The notes under the pieces were generated by a model. The model was not told the DNA's origin and did not search any database. It was given only the letters and a program-made list of their open reading frames with translations. From assembly GCF_006345805.1 (NCBI RefSeq), contig NC_042998.1:204600001-204664000 (forward strand): DNA of 64,000 nucleotides. The letters run 5' to 3'. Positions 40,123-52,494 of the stretch are shown here, piece by piece. The translations under genes were made by a program, and so were the position numbers. Numbering within the stretch: the stretch's first letter is position 1; each line of letters begins with the position of its first letter. The stretch comes from Octopus sinensis (Eukaryota).

Positions 40123-40155
<33 letters not shown>
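39590..40155 (+). mobile_element. RTE (BovB-like) LINE 3' end with (TAA)n tail
   Basis: IEATLLKYHLRWEGHVSRMENHRLPKIVLFGELSTGHRVRGAPRKRYKDCLKKSL; tail (taa)n at 40102-40155. Confidence 0.85.
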
Positions 40156-40156
<1 letters not shown>

Positions 40157-40505
40157 GTGAAGACGCATGACTCAGTCGTTAGACCGCCGGGCACATAATC
40201 ATAGGGAAGTGAGTTCAAATCCCGGACCGGGCTGTGTGCTGTGTTCTTGAGCAAGACACTTCATTTCACATCTCTCTAGTTCACTCAGCTGCAGAAATGA
40301 ATTGCAACATCACTGGTGCCAAGCTGTATCGGCCCCTTTGCCTTTCCCTTGGGTAACATCGGTGGTGTGGAGAGGGGAGGCTGGTTATGCATGGGTAACT
40401 GCTGGTCTTCCATAAACAACCTTACCTGGACTTGTGCCCGGGAGGGGAACTTTCTAGGGGCAATCCCATGGTCAGTCATGACCTAAGGGGTCTTTTCCCT
40501 TTTAC
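40155..40505 (+). mobile_element. Family C SINE
   Basis: tRNA-like head (gactcagtcgttag...gagttcaaatcccggaccggg) and cttgagcaagacactt core. Confidence 0.65.
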
Positions 40506-40507
40506 CC

Positions 40508-40540
<33 letters not shown>

Positions 40541-40629
40541 ACACACACACACACACAGGTACACACATACATACACAGATACACACACACATACATACAT
40601 ACATACATACATGCATGCATACATACACA

Positions 40630-40746
<117 letters not shown>

Positions 40747-40882
40747 CATACATACATACATACATACATACATAAATACATACATCCGACATTTGCATTT
40801 TCTTAGACGAAAACCACACTTATTACCAAGTAGGCTTGGTAGGGTTGCCGGCTTAGTCGTCGACGGCCTCACGAGGTACACA

Positions 40883-40928
<46 letters not shown>

Positions 40929-41967
40929 TATATATATATATACACGTTTATCTTTATGTATTCGTCTTTTGCAAGATTCTTGATGTGAACTCGTGTGTTG
41001 AAATAGATATTGTTGTATTTGGGGATGGTCATGTTGCCAGTTTAGCCAATGAAAACACACGCACTATTTGTTCGGTGTTCGCTTGCTTCAACCTAAATAG
41101 AAAACTAGAATGGAACACTAGCACACGCCCCCATACCACAACATGACGACACAATAAGATCCCCATAGACTAATAATAGTATGAAACTAATACAATAGAT
41201 AGATAAATAAATGGAATTAAATAATTAAATACACAAGCAAAGCATAATAAATAAATAAAAAAAGTAAGTAGATAAAGACAAATAAATAAAATGAATAAAA
41301 TAAATAAAATGAACATGAATAAACCGGGGATACTGATGATGCAGGAAGCACACACGCCCCCGCCCCCATCCCCCACACACACTTACCAAACATAGACACA
41401 CAAAGGGATATAGACATGCGCAAATAAAGACACATACAACAGGAACACAAAATGGCTGATCGTTAGGGAGGAGAGACTCAAAAAACAAAGAAGAAAGCAA
41501 AGGACCACTGATGAGATCACAGAAGTGTGACGGAAGAACCCATCTCATACCGACTTCCCCCTCCTCCTTCGAATTTTCACCAAATGACGAAGCTGAGAGG
41601 ATCGGGGGGCGGTAGATTGAACGGTGGTAATTCCAGAAAGGACGACACCAGAATTCTATAAATATTTGCTGCTAAAATTTCACCGTGACATGGAGGTTTT
41701 CAAAATAATAATTACCTAAATAATACTGCAGGAGACCTTTCAGGGATCTCTAAAAAGCGGATTGCCCGCTAAATCTGACTGTAGGGAAATGAACCCTGAC
41801 TAATTTATCGATATTGAAAGTCGGTTGTTTAATGACCACCGGTCACGAGATTTAAATGTGGTAGCGATCAGCGAGACTGGAATTTCCAGGATGAACATCG
41901 TCGTCGTCGTCGTTGTCCTCTTCCTCCTCCTTCTTCTTCAATTGTGAACCATGTTACGCTTATCTCA

Positions 41968-42348
41968 TGGAGGCGCAATGGCCCAGTGGTTAGGGCAGCG
42001 GACTCGCAGTCATAGGATCGCGGTTTCGATTCCCAGACCGGGCGTTGTGAGTGTTTATTGAGCGAAAACACCTAAAGCTCCACGAGGCTCCGGCAGGGGA
42101 TGGTGGTGATCCCTGCTGTACTCTTTCACCACAACTTTCTCTCACTCTTACTTCCTGTTTCTGTTGTACCTGTATTTCAAGGGCCGGCCTTGTCACTCTC
42201 TGTGTCACGCTGAATATCCCCGAGAACTACGTAAAGGGTACACGTGTCTGTGGAGTGCTCAGCCACTTACACGTTAATTTCACGAGCAGGCTGTTTCGTT
42301 CATCGGATCAACCGGAACCCTCGTCGTCGTAACCGACGGAGTGCTTCC
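41968..42348 (+). mobile_element. Family C SINE, near full length
   Basis: ggaggcgcaatggcccagtggttagggcagcggactcgcag (A box) and ggtttcgattccc (B box); tail gaaccctcgtcgtcgtaaccgacggagtg. Confidence 0.8.
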
Positions 42349-42399
42349 ATCCACGCTTATCTCGGATTGATCAAGTGATTAGTCATATGATCTGCTTTT

Positions 42400-42760
42400 A
42401 TCTCCTGAACGCAGCCGAGCAGCCACCCAAGATCCACTGACTATCGCTTGTGTTTGCACGACTGTGGTGTGAGGCTGTACACATCAACATGAGAGCAAAG
42501 GAGAGAAAGCAACGAAGGCGTTTGATCCTAACAAACAACACAGACGGGTGTATTTTCTTGAGGAAAAGATAAAAGTGAACGAGAAAATAAACGAGATAAA
42601 CGAGAGTAGATGCATCATCAACATATTTCCCTGCCAAAAGAAAGCGTTCACTTGTAAAATGGCGCCGTAATTGATAGTGAATATTATTGACTCGTTGTTC
42701 AATTTCTCCTCACAAACAAGACATTCTGGGAATAGGTCATACTTCCAGTCCATATTAAAT
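42400..42760 (-). mobile_element. hAT (Buster/ZBED5-like) transposase N-terminal remnant
   Basis: PECLVCEEKLNNES and downstream QPHTT resemble 'PQCVICxEVLANES' and 'KPHTI' of Charlie/Buster transposases. Confidence 0.45.
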
Positions 42761-43398
42761 GAAAGTGGAGGATAGATAAAAATCGACACTCTGTCACCTC
42801 TTCTGACTCTTAGCTGCATTTAATGAACCTCTTTTACTTTAGAGAGTTGATTTTATGCCACAACGACCAATTATTAATCTGTACAGACTGCCTGTTAGTG
42901 TATTTTCGGTGTATTCTGTCGTTACTTGTCATTCGCTTCTTCCTTGCAATAAAACAATTCATTTTGATTGAACTTCTATCTAGAATGTAAACAACAAAGA
43001 TATTAACAAAACATAGTCAAGTGATCCATACAGAAATGTCTAAACATTCACTAACAGACCACAAATTTTACAAATGGAGCTGGCGAATGATTTCAAACCA
43101 TACCATCCACATGAAGTAGCCTCCCTTGTTAATGAGTTCAGAACTGTGTTCGGAGTGAAGTGATCGCCTTTCATTTCACTGGTCTGACTTAAAGGCCGAA
43201 ATGACCTCTCGGTCTGCCTTGACCAATTAGAACTAATTCCATTTATTATTCAACAGTGTATTGAGCATCAAGGACAACTGAAGCTAAATTTTATTTAGCT
43301 TTAAAAAGGCATTTGACTGTGTCGTCGGAGAGTTCTTGTAAAGAATTGTCTTTCCCTACGGCGTTCCCCAACATTTTGTTTAAACCTTTAAAGAACTG

Positions 43399-43540
43399 AA
43401 GGCAGCGAGTTGGAGGAATCATTTGAACGTCTGGAAAAAGGCTTAGCAGCATTTCCAACTTCATGTTCTGAGTTCAAATTCCGCCAAGGTCGATTTTGCT
43501 TTTCATCGTTTCGGGGTGAATATAATAAGTACCAGTTGAT
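43399..43540 (+). mobile_element. Family A SINE, partial
   Basis: aaggcagcgagttgg...ttctgagttcaaattccgccaaggtcg...aagtaccagtt. Confidence 0.7.
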
Positions 43541-44079
43541 GATTCGTTCGAACTGAAACAAGGAAAATAGACTTCTTCGACATCCTTACTGGAGTGAGTG
43601 TTGTAAAGATAAACAATAAACACATTCCATGGAGGAATACGATGGAAACAGCAGACAAAACTGACGTTGCTCGCTAAAGACGATAAAACCTTAGAACCGC
43701 CGATCAGAACTGGAACCGAACGGTGGAAGGATTGGTCTGAGAATCAGTATGGAGAAGATCAAAACAAGGAACTTTAGAGAACGTCGAACAACAACGATCG
43801 AAAGAAACAGGTCACGTGATCCAAGTAGCAGAGCAACGCCATTTCTAAAGTGACGTGAGGGACATGAGGGAGGCTGATATCATGTGGCTGGATGCTGGAG
43901 AGCACGCAGCCAGTAGTAACCAATGAGGTTAACATGCTGCCCAATGGGTTCGAGAGTAGAGGAGGAAACCGTGATTCTGTTTGTGTGAAACTCGGAGTAT
44001 TTTAAGAATGACTCGCCAAATGTTTGCCTCCGCATCATATAATCATTGTTCCTTTCTTCTGTGCGGATATATAAATGTA

Positions 44080-44120
<41 letters not shown>

Positions 44121-44136
44121 TGTGTGTGCGCGTGCG

Positions 44137-44167
<31 letters not shown>

Positions 44168-44532
44168 TGTGTGTGTGTGTGTGTGTGTTCGCGAGTCTTC
44201 CGGTGATGTATATCATTGCGAAAATTGGGAATCGGGCCTTTTTCGAATGAGTTCCTTCGTCGGTGAGAGAAACAATCCATCAGAAATACAGCAACGTTGG
44301 ATTAACGATGCCATTTTTCGTTTGATCACTGTGATAATAAATAAATAAAACCGCCTCGCTTCTCTCGAAGCCCAAATTAGCCTTAAACTGTTGCATTTTG
44401 TAATTAAAAGGGCGTAGTCACATTGTAAATGGCAACTCATCTATTTCATGATATATCCTGATATATCATAACATATTTGTCTCAAGAGATATGAATAAAC
44501 AAAGGCAATAAATAATATTTCTGCGAAATATT

Positions 44533-44762
44533 AAGGCGGCGAGCTGGCAGAATCATTAGCACGCCGGGCGAAATGCTTAGTGGTATTGCGTCTGTCGTTG
44601 CGTTCTGAGTTCAAATTCCACCGAGGTCGACTTTGCCTTTCATCCTTTCGGGGTCGATAAATTAAGTACCAGTTACGCACTGGGGTCGATGTAATCGACT
44701 TAATCCATTTGTCTGTCCTTGTTTGTCCCCTCTATGTTTAGCCCCTTGTGGGCAATAAAGAG
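44533..44762 (+). mobile_element. Family A SINE, full length
   Basis: aaggcggcgagctggcagaatc...ttctgagttcaaattcc...gtgggcaataaag. Confidence 0.88.
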
Positions 44763-44897
44763 ACAAATATTTCTGCGAATGAAGTACAAAAGCAAATAGT
44801 AATTTAATCTTAGGATAATTTTTATAATGAGGCAACTAAATTTCACCCAGTTACTAATTAGCGGTGTTGTCGCTAACACCATCTCTGGATTTCTCGT

Positions 44898-44930
<33 letters not shown>

Positions 44931-45479
44931 AGAGAGAGAGAGTGAGAGAGAGAGAGAGCTAAGACGGAGAATGTTCTTGAGAATTTAATACATAGGAATA
45001 CAGTAGAAGAGATGTGCGATGTTGACATTGCACTTTGTAAATGGCTGACAATTATATTGTTTTTAGAGCAACATAGAGTGACATTGTTTGCGGTGCCCCA
45101 ACCGTAACGACAGTCTGTTGGACACGCTTTCTCTCCAACGCGTAATCGCGGCCGGAAGATAAAAAGGAATGGGATGTTAGAATTATTTTATTCTTTTACT
45201 TGTTTCAGTCGTTTGACTGCGGCCATGCTGGAGCACCGCATTTAGTCGAGCAAATCGATCCCAGGACTTATTCATGATGTATCATGGCGATGCTTCATGG
45301 GAGCACTTTGTAATACTTTGAAATAGTCTCTAGTGCGCTGCAGACCAGATGACGGTAGCTTCGTCAGAGGATATTGCATTTATTTTCTCACCGGTGTTCA
45401 CTGTTTGATGTTGTTGGGTGGATGGTTGAACTTGAGCGGATGCACAACGGGGTAGATGTGCAATGGGATGCCGTTAGCT

Positions 45480-45750
45480 TGCTAAAACACTTGATTTGAG
45501 TTTACTTCCAGAATGGCGCCCATCAAGTTTAACATTGTAAGACCAGCAAATATTCCAATCTCCAAAAGTTGATATTCTTCAAGGCTGAAGTGGGGCCCAC
45601 AATGGAGTACTCGGTCCGAATCTGGGACGTTGCTGTTGCTGCTGTTACTCTACTCGCATCGCAGACATCCTGGATCGCATATAGACAAGGACCATTCGAC
45701 TGATTGCCTTTTAACCACTAACGGACACATTCCAGTCTCTGCTCACCGAG
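45480..45750 (+). mobile_element. Decayed CR1/Jockey-group LINE RT C-terminal fragment
   Basis: FKAEVGPTMEYSVRIWD...DILDRI*TRTIRLI resembles 'YKAQVRPxMEYCSHIW...LDRIQKRAIRLI'. Confidence 0.4.
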
Positions 45751-46573
45751 TGCGCTGTCTCTTTTCTCCGCTTTTTTCTTCTTCTTTTCGTTATTAGCCC
45801 CCACCCCTACCCACCCACGCATCACTCATGTTGCTTCCACCTCTCACCCTCCGATCTCTCACATCAATCGTTAGGTTCAATCCTTCTGCCTCAAAACCTA
45901 ATCCCACCAGAATCTATTCCATGCTCATGTCTCTCCTGCAGCTCTTGACCCACAACAATTTACCTGGAATCTTAACGACATCAAGCTCCACTGGTTACGT
46001 AGGGTCTGCAAGATCCCATCAACATTTCCCTTCCCCTCAAACTCAACAAGTAAAAAAAAACCAGTCCATCCGATGCGATTCCACACGGCCCCCATTAATC
46101 TAGTTTTGCCGAAAAGGCTTCAGTCAACTCAAGCGACTGGTAAAGACATTTGGCCCACGGTGTAATCGAATCGGGACCTCACGGTTATGAAGTAAATGGA
46201 TTTCTTATTCTTTTTAGACACACCTGATTTCATTACTCTCTCTCTCTCTCTCTCTTTCTGTCACACACACACACACACACGCACATGGACGCATGCCTGC
46301 GCGCGCACACACACACACACACACATTAAGCAAAAGAATGCAGGTACTTTTCAGGTAGTGTCAATTACAATTTAATCAAAAGTTGATGAGAAAAGAAAAA
46401 AAGTGAGCACACACACACACATGCACATAAATACGGATACACATCACAACATTTTTTTTTTTTCGAAACCTCTAGTTTCATTTTGTAGATGTATGTGATG
46501 CGTAGCCGTATGTATGGATACCCCCCACTTTTTTTGTATCGTATTAAATTCCGATATAATTGTAAACTGTACC

Positions 46574-46777
46574 TATTTCTTTATTACCCACAAGGGGCTA
46601 AACACAGAGGGGACAAACAAGGACAGACATAGGTATTAAGTCGATTACTTAATTTATCGACCCCGAAAGGATGAAAGGCAAAGTCGACCTCGGCGGAATT
46701 TGAACTCAGAACGTAACGGCAGACGAAATACCGCTAGGCATTTCGTCCGGCGTGCTAACGTCTCTGCCAGCTCGCCG
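46574..46777 (-). mobile_element. Family A SINE with short internal deletion
   Basis: Homologous to 44533-44762 but lacks the gaccccagtgcgtaactgg segment. Confidence 0.85.
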
Positions 46778-46996
46778 TACCGTCTGAAATGTACTTGTAA
46801 AAAGGAGGTTATGGGGAAGCAAAGCCGACTCGTGTCAATTTCCCAAAACTCTTCTCCCCACTCACGGAGAAGAAATTTAAAGTTTCATTAGAAATTATCC
46901 CTTTTTCTGAAAGATATGAAGAAACAAAGTCAGTAGGGCACACTTGTGTAGGTATGCCTATACATACTACATGCATACATACATACATTATATATA

Positions 46997-47075
<79 letters not shown>

Positions 47076-47134
47076 CACACATACATTACATACATACGTA
47101 CACACATACATAATACATACATACATACATACAT

Positions 47135-47168
<34 letters not shown>

Positions 47169-47397
47169 TACATACACACACATACATGCACACATACATA
47201 CGCACACACACACAAACATACACATACACTACATTACACACATACATATATACAGCTACGTATCCACACTCTTTCTATTATTCCTCTTTTTGTCTCTCAC
47301 TCTCTTGTCTCTCTGTCTCCCTCCTTCTCTTTCTGTTTCTTTAACTGTCTCTCTGATTCCCTCTCTCTCTATTACTCTTTCTAACTTCGACTCTCTC

Positions 47398-47432
<35 letters not shown>

Positions 47433-47503
47433 TCCATTCTCACACTCTCTCTCTCCGTTATTGATTCTACTCACTTTCTGGGGACGTAATACGTCGAAAT
47501 GCA

Positions 47504-47730
47504 TGACGTCACCTAATTCATTCTCCACCGACCTTAATTGAGTTGGATTACAGCACTTTCGCCACCGCCTCCGCCGCCTCCCGCCACAGTCGCCGCCCTT
47601 TTTATTGCCGAGTACCTTTAACCAAACAACAAATATTTAGTTCCAGCCGCAGCTTTCGCTTTCACATTAAATACCTTCGGAACAACAACACACACACCTC
47701 AACCGTTTATATTCCTCAACACAAGTAAGT
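47504..47730 (+). promoter_or_regulatory. Promoter-like patch with CRE site and candidate first-exon donor
   Basis: TGACGTCA at 47504-47511; GC/CpG-rich run 47555-47605; CAA|GTAAGT at 47725. Confidence 0.35.
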
Positions 47731-47903
47731 CGCCTTTTTCTCTCTCTTTAATCATTTCGGTTATTATTTTAGCAATCAATGAGTTTAAATGGAATTAAGG
47801 GCGAAATGCATCTCGGCCGATTCCTCTTTCTTTGCATTTTAAATACGTAAACTTGATCATCCTCAATATTTTACTTAAGGATTAATGACAATATATATAT
47901 ATG

Positions 47904-47942
<39 letters not shown>

Positions 47943-48585
47943 CATTTTAGAACCAGTTATAAAAAGTATATAATGCGTTTTTTGAGGGGTTTTTTTCTTG
48001 GTAATTTGCACTTATATTACATCATAAATCGATTTAATTTTGTGGATATAGAATTCTGACAATTCTCACAAACTAGGGAAAAGCCCTTAATCATATATTC
48101 AATGTTCAAGAGACACGCTTAAGAACCTAAAATAAATTAAATATTTTAAAAACACTCTCGCTAAAATTATTCCGTGGTAATTTTCGGCGATTTTTCGACA
48201 TCGAAAGATACCTCGAAAGATACCTGTTATTTTGGAAACTTTTCCACCGGAAGAATTTTATTTCTGTTGTGTGATGGAAGAGTTTTTCTTTTTTCTTTTT
48301 ACACAAAATCACTCAGCTATTTCGTGTGTTGAGAAAGATTTTATTACGCAAAGCCGAGGGAAAACAAAATTAGTAGAAATATATGGATATAATCAATGCT
48401 GGAAAAGTTATCCCATGGAATAATAATAATTAATTCCCGTTTATTGGCCACAAGGGCTAACAAAAATCAAATAAAACATGTAAGGACGAAAGTTACAAAA
48501 ATAATAATAATAATAACAGAAAAATGTTATTCATTAACAAATTACAATTAAGGAGATTTGTTTTCCACCTTTCTATTAAAAAAAA

Positions 48586-48642
<57 letters not shown>

Positions 48643-48859
48643 GTGTGTGTGTATGCGACAAAAGCGTTCCTTTTCACACGAATGGTAGCGGAAAATATGA
48701 GTTTTATTTTACTTTGTTTCATCATATCTATAAATATATAAATATATTGAGGGTACGACGAAAGAGATTCCTAGATTCATCAATGCCAATGTGAAATAGG
48801 GGGGGGGACATTTTTTCCGCACCCTGGACACACACACACACACTCGCACGCGCGCACTT

Positions 48860-49680
48860 GTTCCAGTTGTTGGTCATTTCAATAGAATGCCGAGAGTCTG
48901 GGACGGTTGCACTGCACGAACAAATACTATTCTTGAAGAGATCCGTGTCAACAACTACAAAAAACAAAAAAATCTGTTTTTATTTTAAGCTCCAAAATAT
49001 CGATTGCCTTACATTGACGCACAAGTCGGCATATTTGAAAGGGAGGTCGGTGAAGATAAAGCAGTCTTGCGTGTGTCAAGTGCTTATTTATCGATCCCAT
49101 CAAGATGTCACCTCTCTGTGTCTATTCCATTGTCGTTAAATTCTTTGAAGTCTTCATAAATTCTAAGGAAGAGGCTGTGAATTGTTTTGGTGTTGGAATA
49201 TTGTTTTTGGTAGTTAAGGGTTGAATTTTCAGACATCCAAACCAGGAATATCTCTGACAGCTTCAAAGGAGACAAAAGCGTATTTCATAACGCAAATAAT
49301 GGCGTAAAAAAAATGTAATTGGCGTTTATATATATATATATATAATCACAATAATGTGTGCGTATAGTATACATGTATGTATATATATCTGTTTGTGTGT
49401 AATTCTTGGCGTCTGGGTTTCATGTCACTGCTATCGTCAGATTTAAAAGTCGAATCGCAAGAAAAATATTTAAACCAACAATACTCTACATCAAGCATTG
49501 AGTACTCCTTTTGTTGACAAACTCCAACATTTGTATGAGCTCCTTGTACTTCGGTACATTTCATGTTAAAACTTGAAGGCACTAACCCAACGAGGGAACC
49601 CTTAAGTGTTCGCTCAAATTGTTCGATACAACAACCAAATCTCCTCACGTTGGTCAATTTAGCCATCAATATACAAAAAA
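48860..49680 (-). mobile_element. Possible highly decayed Gypsy pol (RT/RNase H) remnant
   Basis: GDLVVVSNNLSEHL...CLQVLT*NVPKYKELIQMLEF resembles 'DDILVxSxxxEEHL...LxLNxxKC...LEF'; downstream FIFTD. Confidence 0.3.
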
Positions 49681-49869
49681 AAAAAAATCTTGCTGAACCG
49701 CTTTTAGAAGGGTCTTAGGAACTGGTCTGTCGTATTTGTGGTTAAATATAAACAAATCTCACCATCAAACGTCTCTGTCCAACAGAACAAGTGCGTGCTG
49801 TTGACAATCTTGTTAATATCTCATTTATTAAGTAGTAATTAATATCGGTTTCGAGTTTTGGTACAAGGC

Positions 49870-50060
49870 CAGCAATTTTAGGGGATTGGGATAAGTCGAT
49901 CACATCAACCCAATGTTCAACCGGTACTTACTTTATCGACCCCTAAAGGATGAATATCAAATTCGACCTCAGCGAAATATGAACACGGAACGTAAAGACG
50001 GACGAAATACTGCTAAACGTTTTATCCGGCATGCTGACGATTCTGCCAGTTTGTCGCCTC
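49870..50060 (-). mobile_element. Family A SINE, diverged
   Basis: ggtacttactttatcgacccctaaaggatgaa...gattctgccagtttgtcgcct. Confidence 0.7.
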
Positions 50061-50604
50061 ACCAAGTGGTAAATAATATTAGGATATTTCTGATAATGTA
50101 AACAGGAATGGAATGGGGTTTTGGAAATGCAGGATTTTGTGTGATATTGCTTGGCTGTTTATTCTGTACATTTTCGGGTGATTGCCCCACCCCTCTCTCA
50201 ATCTCTCTGTGTGTGCAGGAGGTGTGAGCTTGGGTAGGTCCCTATACATTTGACAACTTGTTAATATGCAACCAGGGACTATTGCTAACAATAATATGTT
50301 GTGGTTATCAAGACCACACGGCATCTGTCTGTCTGTCTGTGTGTCACTCTGGATAAGGTTTTCATTATAGCAAGAATAACTTGGAGCATTCTGGCCTTTG
50401 GCGTCGAGCTTGAAATTTTGCGTAGTTACCTGTCTGCTTTTTAATTATTTCACCTTCTAACATCTCTCGTCACCTCCACCACAATTTATATATTTGTTCT
50501 GTTAATTGTGTAGCGATGCCTTCCTTTGATAATATTGTTTGCCAATTACGCGTTACACGAACACAAACATATACATACACGTACACCTACAGGTACAGAT
50601 TAAT

Positions 50605-50642
<38 letters not shown>

Positions 50643-50690
50643 TATATATATATATATAATATATATTATATATATATATATAATATATAT

Positions 50691-50872
50691 ATTTCTTTAC
50701 TACCCACAAATTCCGAGTTAAAATTCCGCCGAGGTCGACTTTGCCTTTCATCCTTTCGGGGTCGATAAATTAAGTACCAGTTACTCACTGGGGTCGATGT
50801 AATCGACTTAATCCCTTTGTCTATCCTTGTTTGTCCCATCTGTGTTTAGACCCTTGTGGGTAGTAAAGAAAT
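50691..50872 (+). mobile_element. 5'-truncated family A SINE with inverted copy of its own 3' end at the 5' junction
   Basis: 50691-50709 atttctttactacccacaa is the exact reverse complement of 50854-50872. Confidence 0.8.
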
Positions 50873-52274
50873 ATATATATATATATATATACACACACAC
50901 GCAACTATGTTAGTGTATGTGTGCGTGTATATAGATGCTCACGCGCATTTGATATTGTGGGGTGAGCCCGGCATTCACTGCAGTTGCCAACGAAACGTGA
51001 GTGGCGGGTAGAACAGGTTCGGGTGTTCCAACCCTGAAATGGAAAGATCCTCCCCAAGTTCTCGGTAGCCTTTACCGTTTCCACAGAAAGTCAAAGCAAT
51101 CGCATCGAGCTTCCTCATAAAACGACCCCTGCCCTCGCCAACACATCTTTATATATTGAATACAGTTTTTCTTTTCCTATATAACATATAAACATTACAT
51201 CTTTTAGATAAGAACGTTGTCATTTTATAAGATTCTGCTGGCAAATCTTTCAATTAACAAACATTTATTTACATGGAAGAAAATTACCGGAGAACTTTCA
51301 TTTAATTCTTCCAAATCTTTCCGTTAAAACTCTATTTAAACCATTTGTGGGGAATTTTAAATAATTTTTAAAAAATTAAGTTAATTTCATAAAAAGAAAT
51401 ACATTTTTGTGTGTATCATTAAGAACTTCATAAGCAGGCGTTCCAATCATGATCATCCTGCCTCCCTCTCATACATGTTTTTGTACTAGAACTTCGTTAC
51501 TAGATGTTCTTCTTCATTTATAGATTTTACGCTATGATTTAAGGATATTTGATTGCTATTTCTAGCATAGCACCTTTTTCTTTGTGTTTGCTAAGGTTAG
51601 GTGTTGTTATATTAAGGTATTTTTTTCGAGAGACACCCGTCTCACGAGACAGGTGCTTTAATGAAACATTTATATCGGAAATGGACACAGAACTGGGGTG
51701 GGGGAAAGATGTAAAAGAAAATAAATTTTTAAGCTGAAAAATTCCTTCCCAGAACGAAACAGTTGCCAAGTTGCTGACCCTTTCCCCCTTCTTCGTCAGG
51801 TATTCTCTCAGCCCGTCTGAGTTCTCACGAAATAAGTCTCATAATTACAATTGACCTATATCCATAACTACGTCATGTTTATTCAGCAATTTCCTGACCA
51901 GGATCTGTGTTTTCATCCATCAATAGCCATTGCTTTCTTATCGTCCTAAATACGAAACCCGGTGGCGGAGCAGCGAGAGAGAGAGAGCAGTCTGGTCTTT
52001 ATCTGTTTACAGTAACTTCTTTATAGAGTTGTGGCCCAGTTTCTCTTTAGTATCGAGAGGTGGTGTCCCACTAAATATGGAAATATCTTCACCGTAGAAT
52101 GAAAATACTAGTTACAAATGATACCTGTCTATTGGTGAAATTATCAAAGTTTGGTATTTAAACCTAGTCGTGTTTTATTACGCCGACCTTAATAATAGGA
52201 CAGGAATTTAGACTCAGTCGTCTGTAGTTGTTCTTATGAAACCCCGGACCGTCTTTTAATGCAACAATCTAAAC

Positions 52275-52494
52275 CAGCAGTTCTCAACTAGGGTCCATCT
52301 CAGAATTGTTGTAAAATTTATGTACGAGGAATTTGATATATTTCAACAATATACAAAATATTTTAACAAGTTTTTTTAATATAATTTCTAATATTTAATT
52401 ATAAAAATATAATAGTGTTTTTAAAAACCATGGAATGGTTACGAGGATCCGCCAGAGTGAAATAGGGATCCGAAGAAATGGTTGAGAACCTCTG
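52275..52494. mobile_element. hAT (Charlie/Buster-type) MITE
   Basis: TIRs cagcagttctcaac / gttgagaacctctg; 8-bp flanks atctaaac / atccaaac (TSD with one mismatch). Another end of this family lies at 58315-58339. Confidence 0.75.

Noticed and set aside
41508-41540. Hammerhead-like CTGATGA-gatcaca-gaag-tgtgac
   Set aside because: Followed by GGAAG rather than GAAA, and no stem III or cleavage triplet.
41968-42045. tRNA gene calls at SINE heads (also 13171, 44533, 59928)
   Set aside because: A and B boxes are present but there is no complete cloverleaf, and each continues into a SINE body.
45828-46103. ORF with MSLLQLLTHN similar to MSFLQILTNN at 53671-53880
   Set aside because: Probably very decayed LINE ORF1/ORF2 junction remnants; too little signal to classify.
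51539-51990. Possible minus-strand coding start MKTQILVRKLLNKHDVVMDIG
   Set aside because: In-frame stops follow, the donor site is weak and no homology is recognised.
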